64,000 nucleotides of DNA from Nocardioides sp. (GTDB lineage Bacteria > Actinomycetota > Actinomycetes > Propionibacteriales > Nocardioidaceae), in assembly GCF_036503465.1 (NCBI RefSeq), contig NZ_DASXWU010000059.1:6654-70653 (forward strand). The letters run 5' to 3'. Position numbers and translations under genes: made by a program. Positions 38,591 through 47,953 of this stretch are shown here, piece by piece. How positions within the stretch are numbered: the first letter of the stretch is position 1; every line of letters begins with the position of its first letter. The notes beneath the pieces were generated by a model. It saw only the letters and a program-made list of their open reading frames with translations. It made no database searches and had not been told where the DNA came from.

Positions 38591-39670
38591 TCAGTCGGTG
38601 CCGGTGAGCCCGGGCCGCTCGAAGAGGCGACGACGAGGCTTGCCGGTGCGGGAGCGCCGCAGCCGGCCGCGGCGCGAGCGGCGGGCCGCCGAGCGGGCCA
38701 TGTCGGCGGCGCCGATGAACCCGGCGTTCGGCCCGAGCTCCGCCTGCACGATCACCGGCTCATCGCGGTGGCCGCGGCCCGTCAGGGTGCGGTGGAACGC
38801 CTGGCGGGTGGGCTCGATCAGGAAGTCACCCGACTCGGACAGCCCGCCGCCGATGATGATGCACCCCGGGTCGAACGCCGCGGCCATGCCGGCCAGACCG
38901 ACTCCGAGCCACCGGCCGACGTCGGCGAGCAGCTCGATCGACAACGGGTCGCCGTCCCGAGCGGCCTGGGTGATCTGCGGACCGTCGAGGGCGTCAGCGT
39001 CGCCGTCCACCAGCGTGCGGAGCTGGTGGGCCATCGGCGACGTGGACCGTACGAGCTCGCGGGCGTCGCGGACCAGGGCGTTGCCGGAGGCGTACTGCTC
39101 CCAGCAGCCGCGGTTGCCGCACTCGCACCAGTGGCCCTCCGGGACGACCTGCATGTGGCCGAACTCCCCCGCCATCCCGTTGGCGCCCCGGTAGACCCGG
39201 TTGTCGAGCACGAGCGCCCCGCCGATGCCGGTGCCGAGGGTCACGCAGAGCACGAACCGGTGTCCGCGCCCGGCGCCGAACCGGCACTCGGCCAGGGCCA
39301 TCGCGTTGGCGTCGTTGTCGACGACGACGGGCAGCCGTATCCGCTCCGCGACGCGAGCCCGCAACGGCTCGCGGCGCCAGTCGAGGTGGGGCGAGAACAT
39401 CACGACGGTCCGGGTGACGTCGACGAAGCCCGCCGCGCCGATGCCCACCGCCGCCACGTCGTACCGCCTCGCGAACTCCGAGACGATGTCGACGATCGTG
39501 TCCTCGACCTTGCGCACGTCGTGGCCCTCCGTGGGCCGGCGGTCGAGCGCCACCACCGTGCCGGTCGAGTCCACCACGGCGCCGAGCACCTTGGTGCCGC
39601 CGATGTCGATGCCCACCGTGAGCGGCTCCCAGCGCGTGGCACGGGCGCGGCGTGGGCGGGCCTCCGACAT
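38591..39670 (-). CDS. ROK-family sugar kinase (glucokinase-like) with Arg-rich C-terminal tail
   Basis: GIDIGGTK, DNDANAMALAE, zinc motif GHWCECGNRGCWE. No N-terminal HTH. Confidence 0.9.
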   Translation of the reverse strand: MSEARPRRARATRWEPLTVGIDIGGTKVLGAVVDSTGTVVALDRRPTEGHDVRKVEDTIVDIVSEFARRYDVAAVGIGAAGFVDVTRTVVMFSPHLDWRREPLRARVAERIRLPVVVDNDANAMALAECRFGAGRGHRFVLCVTLGTGIGGALVLDNRVYRGANGMAGEFGHMQVVPEGHWCECGNRGCWEQYASGNALVRDARELVRSTSPMAHQLRTLVDGDADALDGPQITQAARDGDPLSIELLADVGRWLGVGLAGMAAAFDPGCIIIGGGLSESGDFLIEPTRQAFHRTLTGRGHRDEPVIVQAELGPNAGFIGAADMARSAARRSRRGRLRRSRTGKPRRRLFERPGLTGTD

Positions 39671-39765
39671 GCGCTCAGGCTAGCGACGAAGCGGCCGGGC
39701 GCCGTGAAGGCCGCTGGTAGGAGCGGTGAAACCGCCGTGTAACCACCCCCGCGGATGCTGGTTCC

Positions 39766-40767
39766 ATGAACGAGACCACACCCGCAGTCCGGGCCGAGGG
39801 CCTGGTCAAGAGCTTCGGTGAGCTGTGCGCCGTGGACCACGTCGACCTCGAGGTACGCCGCGGCCAGGTCTTCGGCGTCCTCGGCCCCAACGGCGCCGGC
39901 AAGACGACGATGCTCAAGATGCTCGCCACCCTGCTGCCGATCGACGGCGGGCACGCCGAGGTGTTCGGCCACGACGTACGCCGTGAGCCCCACGTGGTGC
40001 GTCAGCTGCTCGGCGTGACCGGCCAGTACGCGTCGGTCGACGAGAACCTGACCGCCACGGAGAACCTGTTGCTCTTCGCCCGGCTCCAGGGCGTCCCCAA
40101 GCCGATCGCCCGCACCACGGCCGCCTCCTTGCTCGAGCAGTTCGACCTGGCCGAGGCCGCCGGCAAGCCGATCTCGGCGTTCTCCGGTGGCATGCGACGG
40201 CGGCTCGACCTGGCCGCCAGCCTGATCACCCGGCCGCCGCTGATCTTCCTCGACGAGCCGACCACCGGCCTCGACCCGCGCACCCGCGGCCAGATGTGGG
40301 AGACCATCCGCGATCTCGTCGCGAACGGGTGCACGGTGCTGCTGACCACCCAGTACCTCGACGAGGCAGACCAGCTCGCCGACCGCATCGCCGTGATCGA
40401 CCGGGGCGTGAAGGTTGCCGAGGGCACCTCCGACGAGCTCAAGTCGTCGGTCGGCCGCTCGACCCTCACCCTGGACCTCGCCGACCCGGACCAGAACGGC
40501 GCTGCGGCCGAGCTGGTCGCGCGGATCGTGGGCGAGAAGCCGGCACTCTCACCGGAGGCCCGGCGGCTCTCAGTCCCGTTGCAGCGCAGCGACCAGGCCG
40601 TCGACGTACTGGTGACCCTGCGCGAGCGGGGCATCCACATCGACTCCGTCACCGTCCAGAAGCCGTCGCTCGACGAGGTGTTCATGGCCCTCACCGGCCA
40701 CCACGCCGTCAGCGACGACGGCACCGACCCCGAGAACTCCTCGTCCGATCTGGAGACCGTCCGATGA
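39766..40767 (+). CDS. ABC transporter ATP-binding protein (DrrA / ABC-2 exporter type)
   Basis: GPNGAGKTT, FSGGMRRRL, IFLDEPTTGLD. Confidence 0.9.
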   Translation: MNETTPAVRAEGLVKSFGELCAVDHVDLEVRRGQVFGVLGPNGAGKTTMLKMLATLLPIDGGHAEVFGHDVRREPHVVRQLLGVTGQYASVDENLTATENLLLFARLQGVPKPIARTTAASLLEQFDLAEAAGKPISAFSGGMRRRLDLAASLITRPPLIFLDEPTTGLDPRTRGQMWETIRDLVANGCTVLLTTQYLDEADQLADRIAVIDRGVKVAEGTSDELKSSVGRSTLTLDLADPDQNGAAAELVARIVGEKPALSPEARRLSVPLQRSDQAVDVLVTLRERGIHIDSVTVQKPSLDEVFMALTGHHAVSDDGTDPENSSSDLETVR

Positions 40768-41582
40768 CCGCACTCACCACCGCACTGCGCGACCCCGCCG
40801 AGGGTCTGTCCGCCCACGTGGGCCTGCGCCAGACCGTCGCGCAGACGATGACCCTGGCCTGGCGCGCCACCATGAAGATGCGCCGGAACTTCGAGCAGAT
40901 GTTCGACGTGACGATCCAGCCGCTGTTGTTCACCGCGATGTTCGCCGGCATCTTCGGCGGCGCCATCTCGGGCAGCGTCGGTGACTACCTCCCGGTGATC
41001 ATCCCCGGCCTGGTCGGACAGACGGTGATGACCGCCTGCGTGGCGACCGGCGTCCAGCTCCGCGAGGACATGGACAAGGGCGTCTTCGACCGGTTCAAGG
41101 TCCTCCCGATCGCGCGGATCGCGCCGCTCGCCGGCCCGATGGTCGCCGACACGCTCCGCTACGCCATCGCCGGGACCCTGACCTTCGTGACCGGCATCGC
41201 CATGGGCTACCGGCCCGGGGGCGGGGTGCTCGGCGTCCTCGGGGCGATCCTCCTCGGCATCGTCGCCGGTTGGTCGCTGGCCTGGATCTTCACCTGGTTC
41301 GGCACGGTCGGCCGCAGCGCCCAGGGCGTGCAGGGCATCTCCTTGATGGTGATGTTCCCCCTCACCTTCCTGTCCAACGCCTTCGTGCCGACCAGCACCA
41401 TGCCGGGATGGCTGCGCGCCTTCGCCGACGTGAACCCCGTCTCGCACGTGATCTCGGCGATGCGCGGCCTGGCCAACGACGGAACGATCACCGCCGACCT
41501 CGGGTGGGCGCTGCTCGGCTTCGCCGTGATCATCGCGGTCTTCGCCCCGCTGTCGGTGCGCAGGTTCAGCCGGAAGATGTGA
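40764..41582 (+). CDS. ABC-2-type transporter permease (DrrB-like)
   Basis: 6-TM 272-aa protein. ATG 40764 overlaps the ATPase stop (ATGA). Trimmed from ORF 40296..41582. Confidence 0.85.
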   Translation: MTALTTALRDPAEGLSAHVGLRQTVAQTMTLAWRATMKMRRNFEQMFDVTIQPLLFTAMFAGIFGGAISGSVGDYLPVIIPGLVGQTVMTACVATGVQLREDMDKGVFDRFKVLPIARIAPLAGPMVADTLRYAIAGTLTFVTGIAMGYRPGGGVLGVLGAILLGIVAGWSLAWIFTWFGTVGRSAQGVQGISLMVMFPLTFLSNAFVPTSTMPGWLRAFADVNPVSHVISAMRGLANDGTITADLGWALLGFAVIIAVFAPLSVRRFSRKM

Positions 41583-44500
41583 GATCCGGCGTGGGTCTCC
41601 CGTCCAGGAGCCGGGCCAGCACACGCTCGGCCTCCGGACGCAGCTGCCGGCCGTGGCGGTCGTCGTATTCCTCGAGGACGGCGGCCAGCCGGCCGGGAGC
41701 CGCCGCGTCCGCGAGAGCGACCAGCGGCTCCCATGCCATCACCGGGAACCAGCGGTTGTAGCCGAACCCGTGGGCCAGCGCCACCAGCCTGATCGCGGAG
41801 TCGATGTGGTCGATGTGGTCGGTGTGGTCGGTGGACTGCGCAGTCTCGTCGCGGGTCAGCAGCCACACGCCGTACGCCGCCAGCGCCATGCCCGCGATCG
41901 GGAAGTCGACCGCCGGGTCGGAGACGGTCGGGAACCTCCTCAGCAGGTCGCCGGCCTGGGCGGCGAGGTCGTCGGCGCGAGCCCGCTGCCCAGGGGTTTG
42001 CGCGAACCGTGCGTGGGCCGCCAGGTCGGTCGCCAGCGCGATCAGGGTCCACGGCTCGAGGCCGTTGGTGGAGAGCTCGCCGAAGCCCCATCCGCGCACG
42101 CCGGCCAGCGAGAGGTCGAACGCCGCGAGGCCACCCGCGACGTCACCGCGGACGAGTGCCAGCTCGGCCCGCACCTGAGCGGTGATCAGGCTGGCGGTCA
42201 CGTCGGTCGTGGCCACCTCGCCGATCTCCTCGAGCATCCGCTCCGCCTCCTCGAGCCGCCCTCGACGCATCGCGGAGAGGGCAAGGCTGGCCCGCATGCT
42301 GAACGCGTCCTCCATCGAGTGGAGCCGGTGGAGCAGCGGGATCGCGGTCCGTGCGTGGACGTCGGCACGGTCGTGGTCGCCGGCGTGGAGCGCCTGCATC
42401 GCGGCCTGGGTGTTGAGGGTGGCGATCTCCCAGGTGGAGGTGTCCTCGTCGACCAGGGCGAGGGCACGCTCGAGGTACTCGCCCGCCTGCTCGATGGATC
42501 CCTCGTTCTCCGCGAGGATCGCCGCCCACTGCCAGGCCATGGCCCGGGCACGCCGATCCGGGTCCTGCGTCATCGTCAGTACCGCGGTACGCCGGTCGGC
42601 CGGGCCGTCCGCCTCGAGGAACATCGCGCGCGCCACGCGGCTCCACGGCTGGGACGGCTCGGGAAGTCCGCGCAGGACCGCGATGAGGTCGTCCACGCCG
42701 TCCGGCCGGAGGAACCCGAGATGCGCCAGCAGCAGGGTCAGTGCCTCCACGGTCACCTCGGTCAGCTCCGGCGGCGGCTGCCAGGCCACGAGCACCCGCT
42801 CCGCCAGATCCGCCATCGCCAGGAAGCGTGGGAAGTTGCCGGTCACCGACCACAGTGCACCGAGCGAGGCGAGCAGCGGCACCGCGTTCGGCGCATCGCC
42901 GGCGAGCACCAGTCGACGGAGCACGTCGGCGAGGTTGGTCTCCTCGGTGTCGAGCAGATCGATCGCGTCGACCTGGTGCGCTCCGAAGAGGTCGGGACGC
43001 AGGCGCGTCGCCAGCCGCACCGCCCACGCGGTGAGAGCGTCGTGCGCGGCCGCGATCTCGCCGGCGTCGGCCAGCCTGAGGGCCCCGAACTCCCGGACGG
43101 TCTCGAGCATCCTGTAGCGCACCGTCCCGGCGTGATCCGCGACGGTGAGGAGCGACTGGTCGACCAATGCCTCGACCAGGTCGGGACCGTCCCGTCCGAG
43201 GAGATCGTGGGCACCGTCCAGGGAGAAGCCGTCCTGGAAGACAGAGAGCCAGGCCAGGGCGCGCTGCTCCTCGGGGTTCAGCAGGTCCCAGGACCAGGAG
43301 ATGACCGCGGTCAGGGTCTGGTGACGGGCCGGAGCCGAGCGGTCGCGGCTCCGGAGCAGCCCGAAGCGGTCGTCGAGGGCACGGCGTACGTCGTCAACGG
43401 ACATCGTGCGCACCCGGGCCGCGGCGAGCTCGACGGCCAGCGGCAGCCCGTCGAGCCGCTCCACGATCTCGGCGACCACGTCGCCCGGGAGCTCTGCGTC
43501 CGGCCGTACGGCTCGTGCCCGGCGCCGGAACAGCTCGGCCCCGTCTGCGGCGGCGAGCTGGCTGAGCGGGAACACCCGCTCGGCCGCGATCGTGAGGGGC
43601 GCCCGACTGGTGGTCACGACGCGCAGGTCGCGGGTGGTGACGAGGAGGAAGGCGACCAGGGACGCCGCGGCGTCAAGCACGTGCTCGCAGTTGTCGAGGA
43701 CCAGCAGGGTCGGCACGGAATCCAGCTCCTGCGCGATGCGGGAGCGGACGTCGGCCCGCTGCGCGGGCGTGAGGGTACGTCGCCCGGTCACCGAGTTGCG
43801 GACCCCCAGCGCCGACCCGACCTCGGACACGACGTCGTCGGGCGAGGAGATCCCGACCAGCTCCACGAAGTGCACCCGCGGCTGAGTCGCCTCGCGGGCG
43901 AGCACGTGGGCGATCCGGGTCTTGCCGAGCCCGCCGGGCCCGAGGATCGTCGTCAGCCGGCCGGTGCGCACGAGCATGCGCAGCCCGGCCAGGTCATGGG
44001 CCCGGCCGAGCAGCTCGTCGGCGTCGAACCGCACCCCGCTGCGCACCGGCTCGTCGGAGGCGAGCAGCTCGCGGTGCACCCGCTGGAGCGCCGGGTCGGG
44101 GTCGAGCCCGAGGCGGTCGGCGAGGTCGCGGCGATAGGCGTCGTAGCGGGCCAGCGCCACCGGGGCCCCCACACTGGCCGCTTCGCTCCGCAGCAGCCAC
44201 TGCAGCACCTCCACGTCGTCGGGATCCGCGGCATGCGCGCGCTGCAGCCCGCCGACCGCCTCCGCATCATGCCCGCATCGGGCCAGCGCGAGGGCGTGGG
44301 TGCGGACGAGACCCGGTCCCAGCGCCAGCACCCGGCGGCGTACCTCGGCCAAGGGGTCGTCGCCGTCGTCCGCGCACGTGCCGCAGAGCAGGTCGTCGGC
44401 TGCCGCCGCGTGCGCGCGGGCTTGCTGGGGGTCGTCGAGGAGCGCTTTCCGGGCCGACTCCACGAGGGTCTCCACGAGCCAGACGTCGACGGCGTCCTCG

Positions 44501-44754
44501 GCCAGGCCGAGCCGGTACCCGCCGTCGTACCGCTCGATCACCACGGGGCCGCACTGCGCCCGGACACGGGACACCAGCACCTGCAGAGCCTTGGGGCTCG
44601 GGGCGAGGTCTCCCCACACCGCCTCGAGCAGGCGCGCGTCCGAGAGTCCCGACCGGTGCTGCACCAGCGCCGCCAGCAGCTCCGCCGACCGCCCGCCGAC
44701 GACGGGCTCACCGTCGAAGGAGGTCTCGCCGAGGAGGCGCAGGGCGATCGTCAC
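41566..44754 (-). CDS. AfsR/SARP-family regulator: OmpR-type wHTH + BTAD + NB-ARC P-loop ATPase + TPR-like C-terminus
   Basis: N-terminal ALRLLGETSFDGEPV..YRLGL. BTAD helices. P-loop GPGGLGKTRIA. LVLDNCEH (Walker B-like). Long helical-repeat C-terminus. Confidence 0.85.
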   Translation of the reverse strand: MTIALRLLGETSFDGEPVVGGRSAELLAALVQHRSGLSDARLLEAVWGDLAPSPKALQVLVSRVRAQCGPVVIERYDGGYRLGLAEDAVDVWLVETLVESARKALLDDPQQARAHAAAADDLLCGTCADDGDDPLAEVRRRVLALGPGLVRTHALALARCGHDAEAVGGLQRAHAADPDDVEVLQWLLRSEAASVGAPVALARYDAYRRDLADRLGLDPDPALQRVHRELLASDEPVRSGVRFDADELLGRAHDLAGLRMLVRTGRLTTILGPGGLGKTRIAHVLAREATQPRVHFVELVGISSPDDVVSEVGSALGVRNSVTGRRTLTPAQRADVRSRIAQELDSVPTLLVLDNCEHVLDAAASLVAFLLVTTRDLRVVTTSRAPLTIAAERVFPLSQLAAADGAELFRRRARAVRPDAELPGDVVAEIVERLDGLPLAVELAAARVRTMSVDDVRRALDDRFGLLRSRDRSAPARHQTLTAVISWSWDLLNPEEQRALAWLSVFQDGFSLDGAHDLLGRDGPDLVEALVDQSLLTVADHAGTVRYRMLETVREFGALRLADAGEIAAAHDALTAWAVRLATRLRPDLFGAHQVDAIDLLDTEETNLADVLRRLVLAGDAPNAVPLLASLGALWSVTGNFPRFLAMADLAERVLVAWQPPPELTEVTVEALTLLLAHLGFLRPDGVDDLIAVLRGLPEPSQPWSRVARAMFLEADGPADRRTAVLTMTQDPDRRARAMAWQWAAILAENEGSIEQAGEYLERALALVDEDTSTWEIATLNTQAAMQALHAGDHDRADVHARTAIPLLHRLHSMEDAFSMRASLALSAMRRGRLEEAERMLEEIGEVATTDVTASLITAQVRAELALVRGDVAGGLAAFDLSLAGVRGWGFGELSTNGLEPWTLIALATDLAAHARFAQTPGQRARADDLAAQAGDLLRRFPTVSDPAVDFPIAGMALAAYGVWLLTRDETAQSTDHTDHIDHIDSAIRLVALAHGFGYNRWFPVMAWEPLVALADAAAPGRLAAVLEEYDDRHGRQLRPEAERVLARLLDGRPTPDLTSSG
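41801..41836. repeat. 9-bp tandem repeat TCGATGTGG (2 perfect + 2 degenerate copies) inside the regulator gene
   Basis: TCGATGTGG TCGATGTGG TCGGTGTGG TCGGTGGAC. Encodes STDHTDHIDHID. Confidence 0.8.
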
Positions 44755-44817
44755 GCCGCCAGCATAGGAAGGTGCAAGATGTGACCGTCACGTCCGCCGA
44801 TCGCGAGGAGGACCTCG

Positions 44818-46479
44818 ATGAAGAGCACGATGCAGGACGCCCAGCTCACGATCGGCTCGGTGCTGAGGCACGGCACGACCGTCCAGGGCGACTCCGAGGT
44901 CGTCACCGCGACCGGCGACGGCACGCGGAGTCGCACGTACGCCGAAGTGGGCCGCCGAGCGGCTCAGCTCGCGCACGGCCTGCGCGAGCTGGGAATCGAC
45001 GGCGACCAGCGGGTCGCGACGTTCATGTGGAACAACGCCGAGCACCTCGAGGCCTACCTCGCCGTCCCGTCGATGGGCGCGGTCCTGCACACCCTCAACA
45101 TCCGGCTGTTCCCCGAGCAGCTGGTCTACATCGCCAACCACGCCGAGGACCGGGTGGTGGTCGTCGACGACACCCTGGTCCCGCTGTTCGCCAAGGAGCT
45201 GCCGCAGCTGCGGACGGTCAGCCACGTGCTGGTCTCCGGCCCCGACGCGGCCGGCGCCGACCTCGACGCACTCCGGGCCGGCGGCAAGAAGGTGCTCCTC
45301 TACGAGGACCTGCTCGCCGGCCGGGAGGACACCTTCGACTGGCCCGAGATCGACGAGCGCGACGCCGCGGCGATGTGCTACACCAGCGGCACCACCGGCA
45401 ACCCGAAGGGCGTGGTCTACAGCCACCGGTCCGCCTGGCTGCACTCGCTGGCGGTGAGCACCGGGAACGCCGCCGGGCTCGACTTCCGCGATCGGGTGCT
45501 CCCGATCGTGCCGATGTTCCACGCGAACGCCTGGGGGCTGGCGTACGCCGCGATCATGACCGGTGCCTCTTTGTGCATGCCCGACCGCTGGCTCCAGGCC
45601 GAGCCGCTGGTCCGGTTCATCCAGGCCAGCCGGCCGACGGTGTCGGGTGCCGTCCCGACCGTGTGGAACGACGTGCTGTCCTACCTCGATGGGCACGACG
45701 GCGTACGACTGGACTCGCTGCGCCTCATCCTCTGCGGTGGCTCCGCCGTCCCGGTCTCGCTGCAGCAGGGTCTCGAGGAACGGCACGGTCTCCACATCCG
45801 GCAGGCGTGGGGCATGACCGAGACCTCACCGGTCGCCTCGGCGGGTCTGGTGCCGGCCGGGATCGAGGGCGATGCGCAGTGGCCCTACCGGGCCAGCCAA
45901 GGCCGCCTGCTGTGCGGCGTCGAGGGGCGGATCGTGGGCGACGACGGCGGGACCCTTCCCTGGGACGGCACCTCCGTCGGCGAGCTCGAGGTCCGCGGAC
46001 CCTGGGTCACCGGCAGCTACTACAACCCCGACGACTCGGAGGGTGAGGGTTCCGGCCAGAAGTTCCATGACGGCTGGCTCCGCACCGGCGACGTGGGGCA
46101 CCTCGACGCGCTCGGCTACATCTCGCTCAGCGACCGGGCCAAGGACGTGATCAAGTCCGGTGGGGAGTGGATCTCCTCGGTCGATCTCGAGAACGCCCTG
46201 ATGGGTCACCCGGACGTTCTCGAAGCCGCGGTCGTCGGCATTCCGGACGAGAAGTGGCAGGAGCGTCCGCTGGCCACGGTGGTGCTCCGCGAGGGTGCGA
46301 GCGTCACGCCGGAGCAGCTGCGGGACCATCTCGCGCGGTCGTTCGCGAAGTGGCAGCTGCCCGACGCCTGGGCCTTCGTCGACGAGGTGCCGCGCACGTC
46401 GGTCGGCAAGTTCGACAAGAAGGTGGTCCGGCAGGGCTTCGCCGAGGGCCGCTACGACGTACGCCGGGTCACCGGCTGA
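44818..46479 (+). CDS. long-chain fatty acid-CoA ligase (AMP-binding superfamily)
   Basis: AMP motif YTSGTTGNPKGVVYSH, later TGDVG and GKFDKK. GAGGAGG RBS. Confidence 0.9.
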   Translation: MKSTMQDAQLTIGSVLRHGTTVQGDSEVVTATGDGTRSRTYAEVGRRAAQLAHGLRELGIDGDQRVATFMWNNAEHLEAYLAVPSMGAVLHTLNIRLFPEQLVYIANHAEDRVVVVDDTLVPLFAKELPQLRTVSHVLVSGPDAAGADLDALRAGGKKVLLYEDLLAGREDTFDWPEIDERDAAAMCYTSGTTGNPKGVVYSHRSAWLHSLAVSTGNAAGLDFRDRVLPIVPMFHANAWGLAYAAIMTGASLCMPDRWLQAEPLVRFIQASRPTVSGAVPTVWNDVLSYLDGHDGVRLDSLRLILCGGSAVPVSLQQGLEERHGLHIRQAWGMTETSPVASAGLVPAGIEGDAQWPYRASQGRLLCGVEGRIVGDDGGTLPWDGTSVGELEVRGPWVTGSYYNPDDSEGEGSGQKFHDGWLRTGDVGHLDALGYISLSDRAKDVIKSGGEWISSVDLENALMGHPDVLEAAVVGIPDEKWQERPLATVVLREGASVTPEQLRDHLARSFAKWQLPDAWAFVDEVPRTSVGKFDKKVVRQGFAEGRYDVRRVTG

Positions 46480-46549
46480 CGCCGGCCCATCCCTCACACC
46501 GTGTCTCGCCCACCGCTCGCCCGCCGACCCGGGGCCTCGGGGCGAGATC

Positions 46550-47152
46550 TCAGGCGGTGCGCTGCTGGGCGGCGAGCCGGGTGAGGGCGAACTCCGTGAT
46601 CCGGATCAGCGCCCGCTTGGCGGAGTCGCGGTCGCGCGCGTCGAGGGTGATCAGCGGGACGTCGTCCGGCAGCGCGAGCGCCTCGGCCACCTCGTGGAGC
46701 GGGTACGTCGGGCCGCCCTCGAAGGCGTTGACGGCGACGATGAACGGGACGTCCTTCGACTCGAAGTAGTCCAGCGGCGCGAACGCCGCGTCCAGCCGGG
46801 CCGTGTCGACCAGCACGATGGCGCCGATCGCGCCGCGCACCAGGTCGTCCCACATGAACCAGAACCGCTTCTGGCCAGGCGTGCCGAACAGGTAGAGGAC
46901 GAGATCCTCGGCCAGCGTGATGCGGCCGAAGTCCATCGCCACGGTCGTGGTCGACTTGGCGGGAGTCTGGGCGAGGTCGTCGACGCCGACCGACTCGTTG
47001 GTGACCAGTGCCTCGGTGCGGAGCGGCACGATCTCCGAGACCGACCCGACGAGGGTGGTCTTGCCCACGCCGAACCCGCCGGCGATGACGATCTTCGTCG
47101 ATGCGGCAGTGCGGCTGACGCTGGGGGAAGCGTTAGAGAGCACGGAGTCCAC
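46550..47152 (-). CDS. cvnD: conservon GTPase (MglA/Ras-like, CvnD type)
   Basis: P-loop GGFGVGKTT, FGTPGQ, VAVNAFE. Confidence 0.85.
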   Translation of the reverse strand: MDSVLSNASPSVSRTAASTKIVIAGGFGVGKTTLVGSVSEIVPLRTEALVTNESVGVDDLAQTPAKSTTTVAMDFGRITLAEDLVLYLFGTPGQKRFWFMWDDLVRGAIGAIVLVDTARLDAAFAPLDYFESKDVPFIVAVNAFEGGPTYPLHEVAEALALPDDVPLITLDARDRDSAKRALIRITEFALTRLAAQQRTA

Positions 47153-47513
47153 GGAGGGTCCTTTCGAGGAGGTCGTAGCGTTCGTCGTCGGTGGAGTTCT
47201 CGGTCAGGGTGGCCTGGACGTGGACGTAGCCCTGCTGGACGAGGTCTCCGAGCAGCACGCGGACGACGCCGATGGGGCGTTGCACCAGGGCCGAGACCTC
47301 GGCGACCGAGCGGGAGTCGAGGACCCCGATGATCTTGCCCTGGACGTCCTCGCCCCACGCGCGACGCGTGGCGCTGGTGTCGAGCCGCAGGGTCGCCTCC
47401 AGCGGGAGGTCGACCGAGGCGCGGGTGCGCCCCGCGGTCAGTGCGTACGGTCGGACGATGCGCGCAGCCGGCGGGCTGGCGTGCATCTCCTCGACCTCGG
47501 GCTCGTCTGCCAT
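47133..47513 (-). CDS. cvnC: DUF742 protein (CvnC type)
   Basis: VRPYALTAGRTR..SVAEVSALVQRPIGVVRVLLGDLVQQGYV. Confidence 0.8.
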   Translation of the reverse strand: MADEPEVEEMHASPPAARIVRPYALTAGRTRASVDLPLEATLRLDTSATRRAWGEDVQGKIIGVLDSRSVAEVSALVQRPIGVVRVLLGDLVQQGYVHVQATLTENSTDDERYDLLERTLRGLRAL

Positions 47514-47521
47514 CTCAACCC

Positions 47522-47953
47522 CTAAACGCCATGCACCCGAGCCTGGGCCTGCACCATCTGACCGACCCGCTCGACGAGGAGGGCCATCTCGTAGCCCACC
47601 TGGCCGATGTCCGCGGTGGCCTGGGTCAGCACCGCCAGGTGCGACCCGTCGCCCACGCTCATCAGGAGCATGAAGCCGTTCTCCATCTCGACGATGGTCT
47701 GCATCACGGCGCCACCCTCGAAGAGGCGTGCCGCCCCGGTGGCCAGGCTGGCCAGGCCGGACGACACCGCGGCCACCTGCTCGGCGCGCTCCGCGGGGAG
47801 CCGCCCACTGCAGGCCATCAGCAGGCCGTCAGCGGACACCAGCACCGCGTGCGCCGCACCGGGAACGCTGTCGACGAATCGGTTCACGACCCAGTCGAGC
47901 TCCCGGGTCTCGGTCTCGACGGCAGTCATCTCTGCCTGGAGGCTCTCGGTCAT
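47522..47953 (-). CDS. cvnB: roadblock/LC7 domain protein (CvnB type)
   Basis: [45 protein letters not shown]. Confidence 0.85.
   Translation of the reverse strand: MTESLQAEMTAVETETRELDWVVNRFVDSVPGAAHAVLVSADGLLMACSGRLPAERAEQVAAVSSGLASLATGAARLFEGGAVMQTIVEMENGFMLLMSVGDGSHLAVLTQATADIGQVGYEMALLVERVGQMVQAQARVHGV

Noticed and set aside
41566-44754. NB-ARC/STAND ATPase considered as an Avs-like antiphage sensor.
   Set aside because: The N-terminus is an OmpR-type wHTH plus BTAD with no nuclease, protease or TIR effector. This is the classical AfsR/SARP regulator architecture.
46480-46549. Possible bidirectional terminator between the acyl-CoA ligase and cvnD. It consists of CCGGC-tgac-GCCGG over the stop codon, plus an 8-bp stem (46504-11 with 46540-47) around a 28-nt loop.
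   Set aside because: The stems are short or the loop is very large, and there is no U-tract. Too weak to call as a feature.
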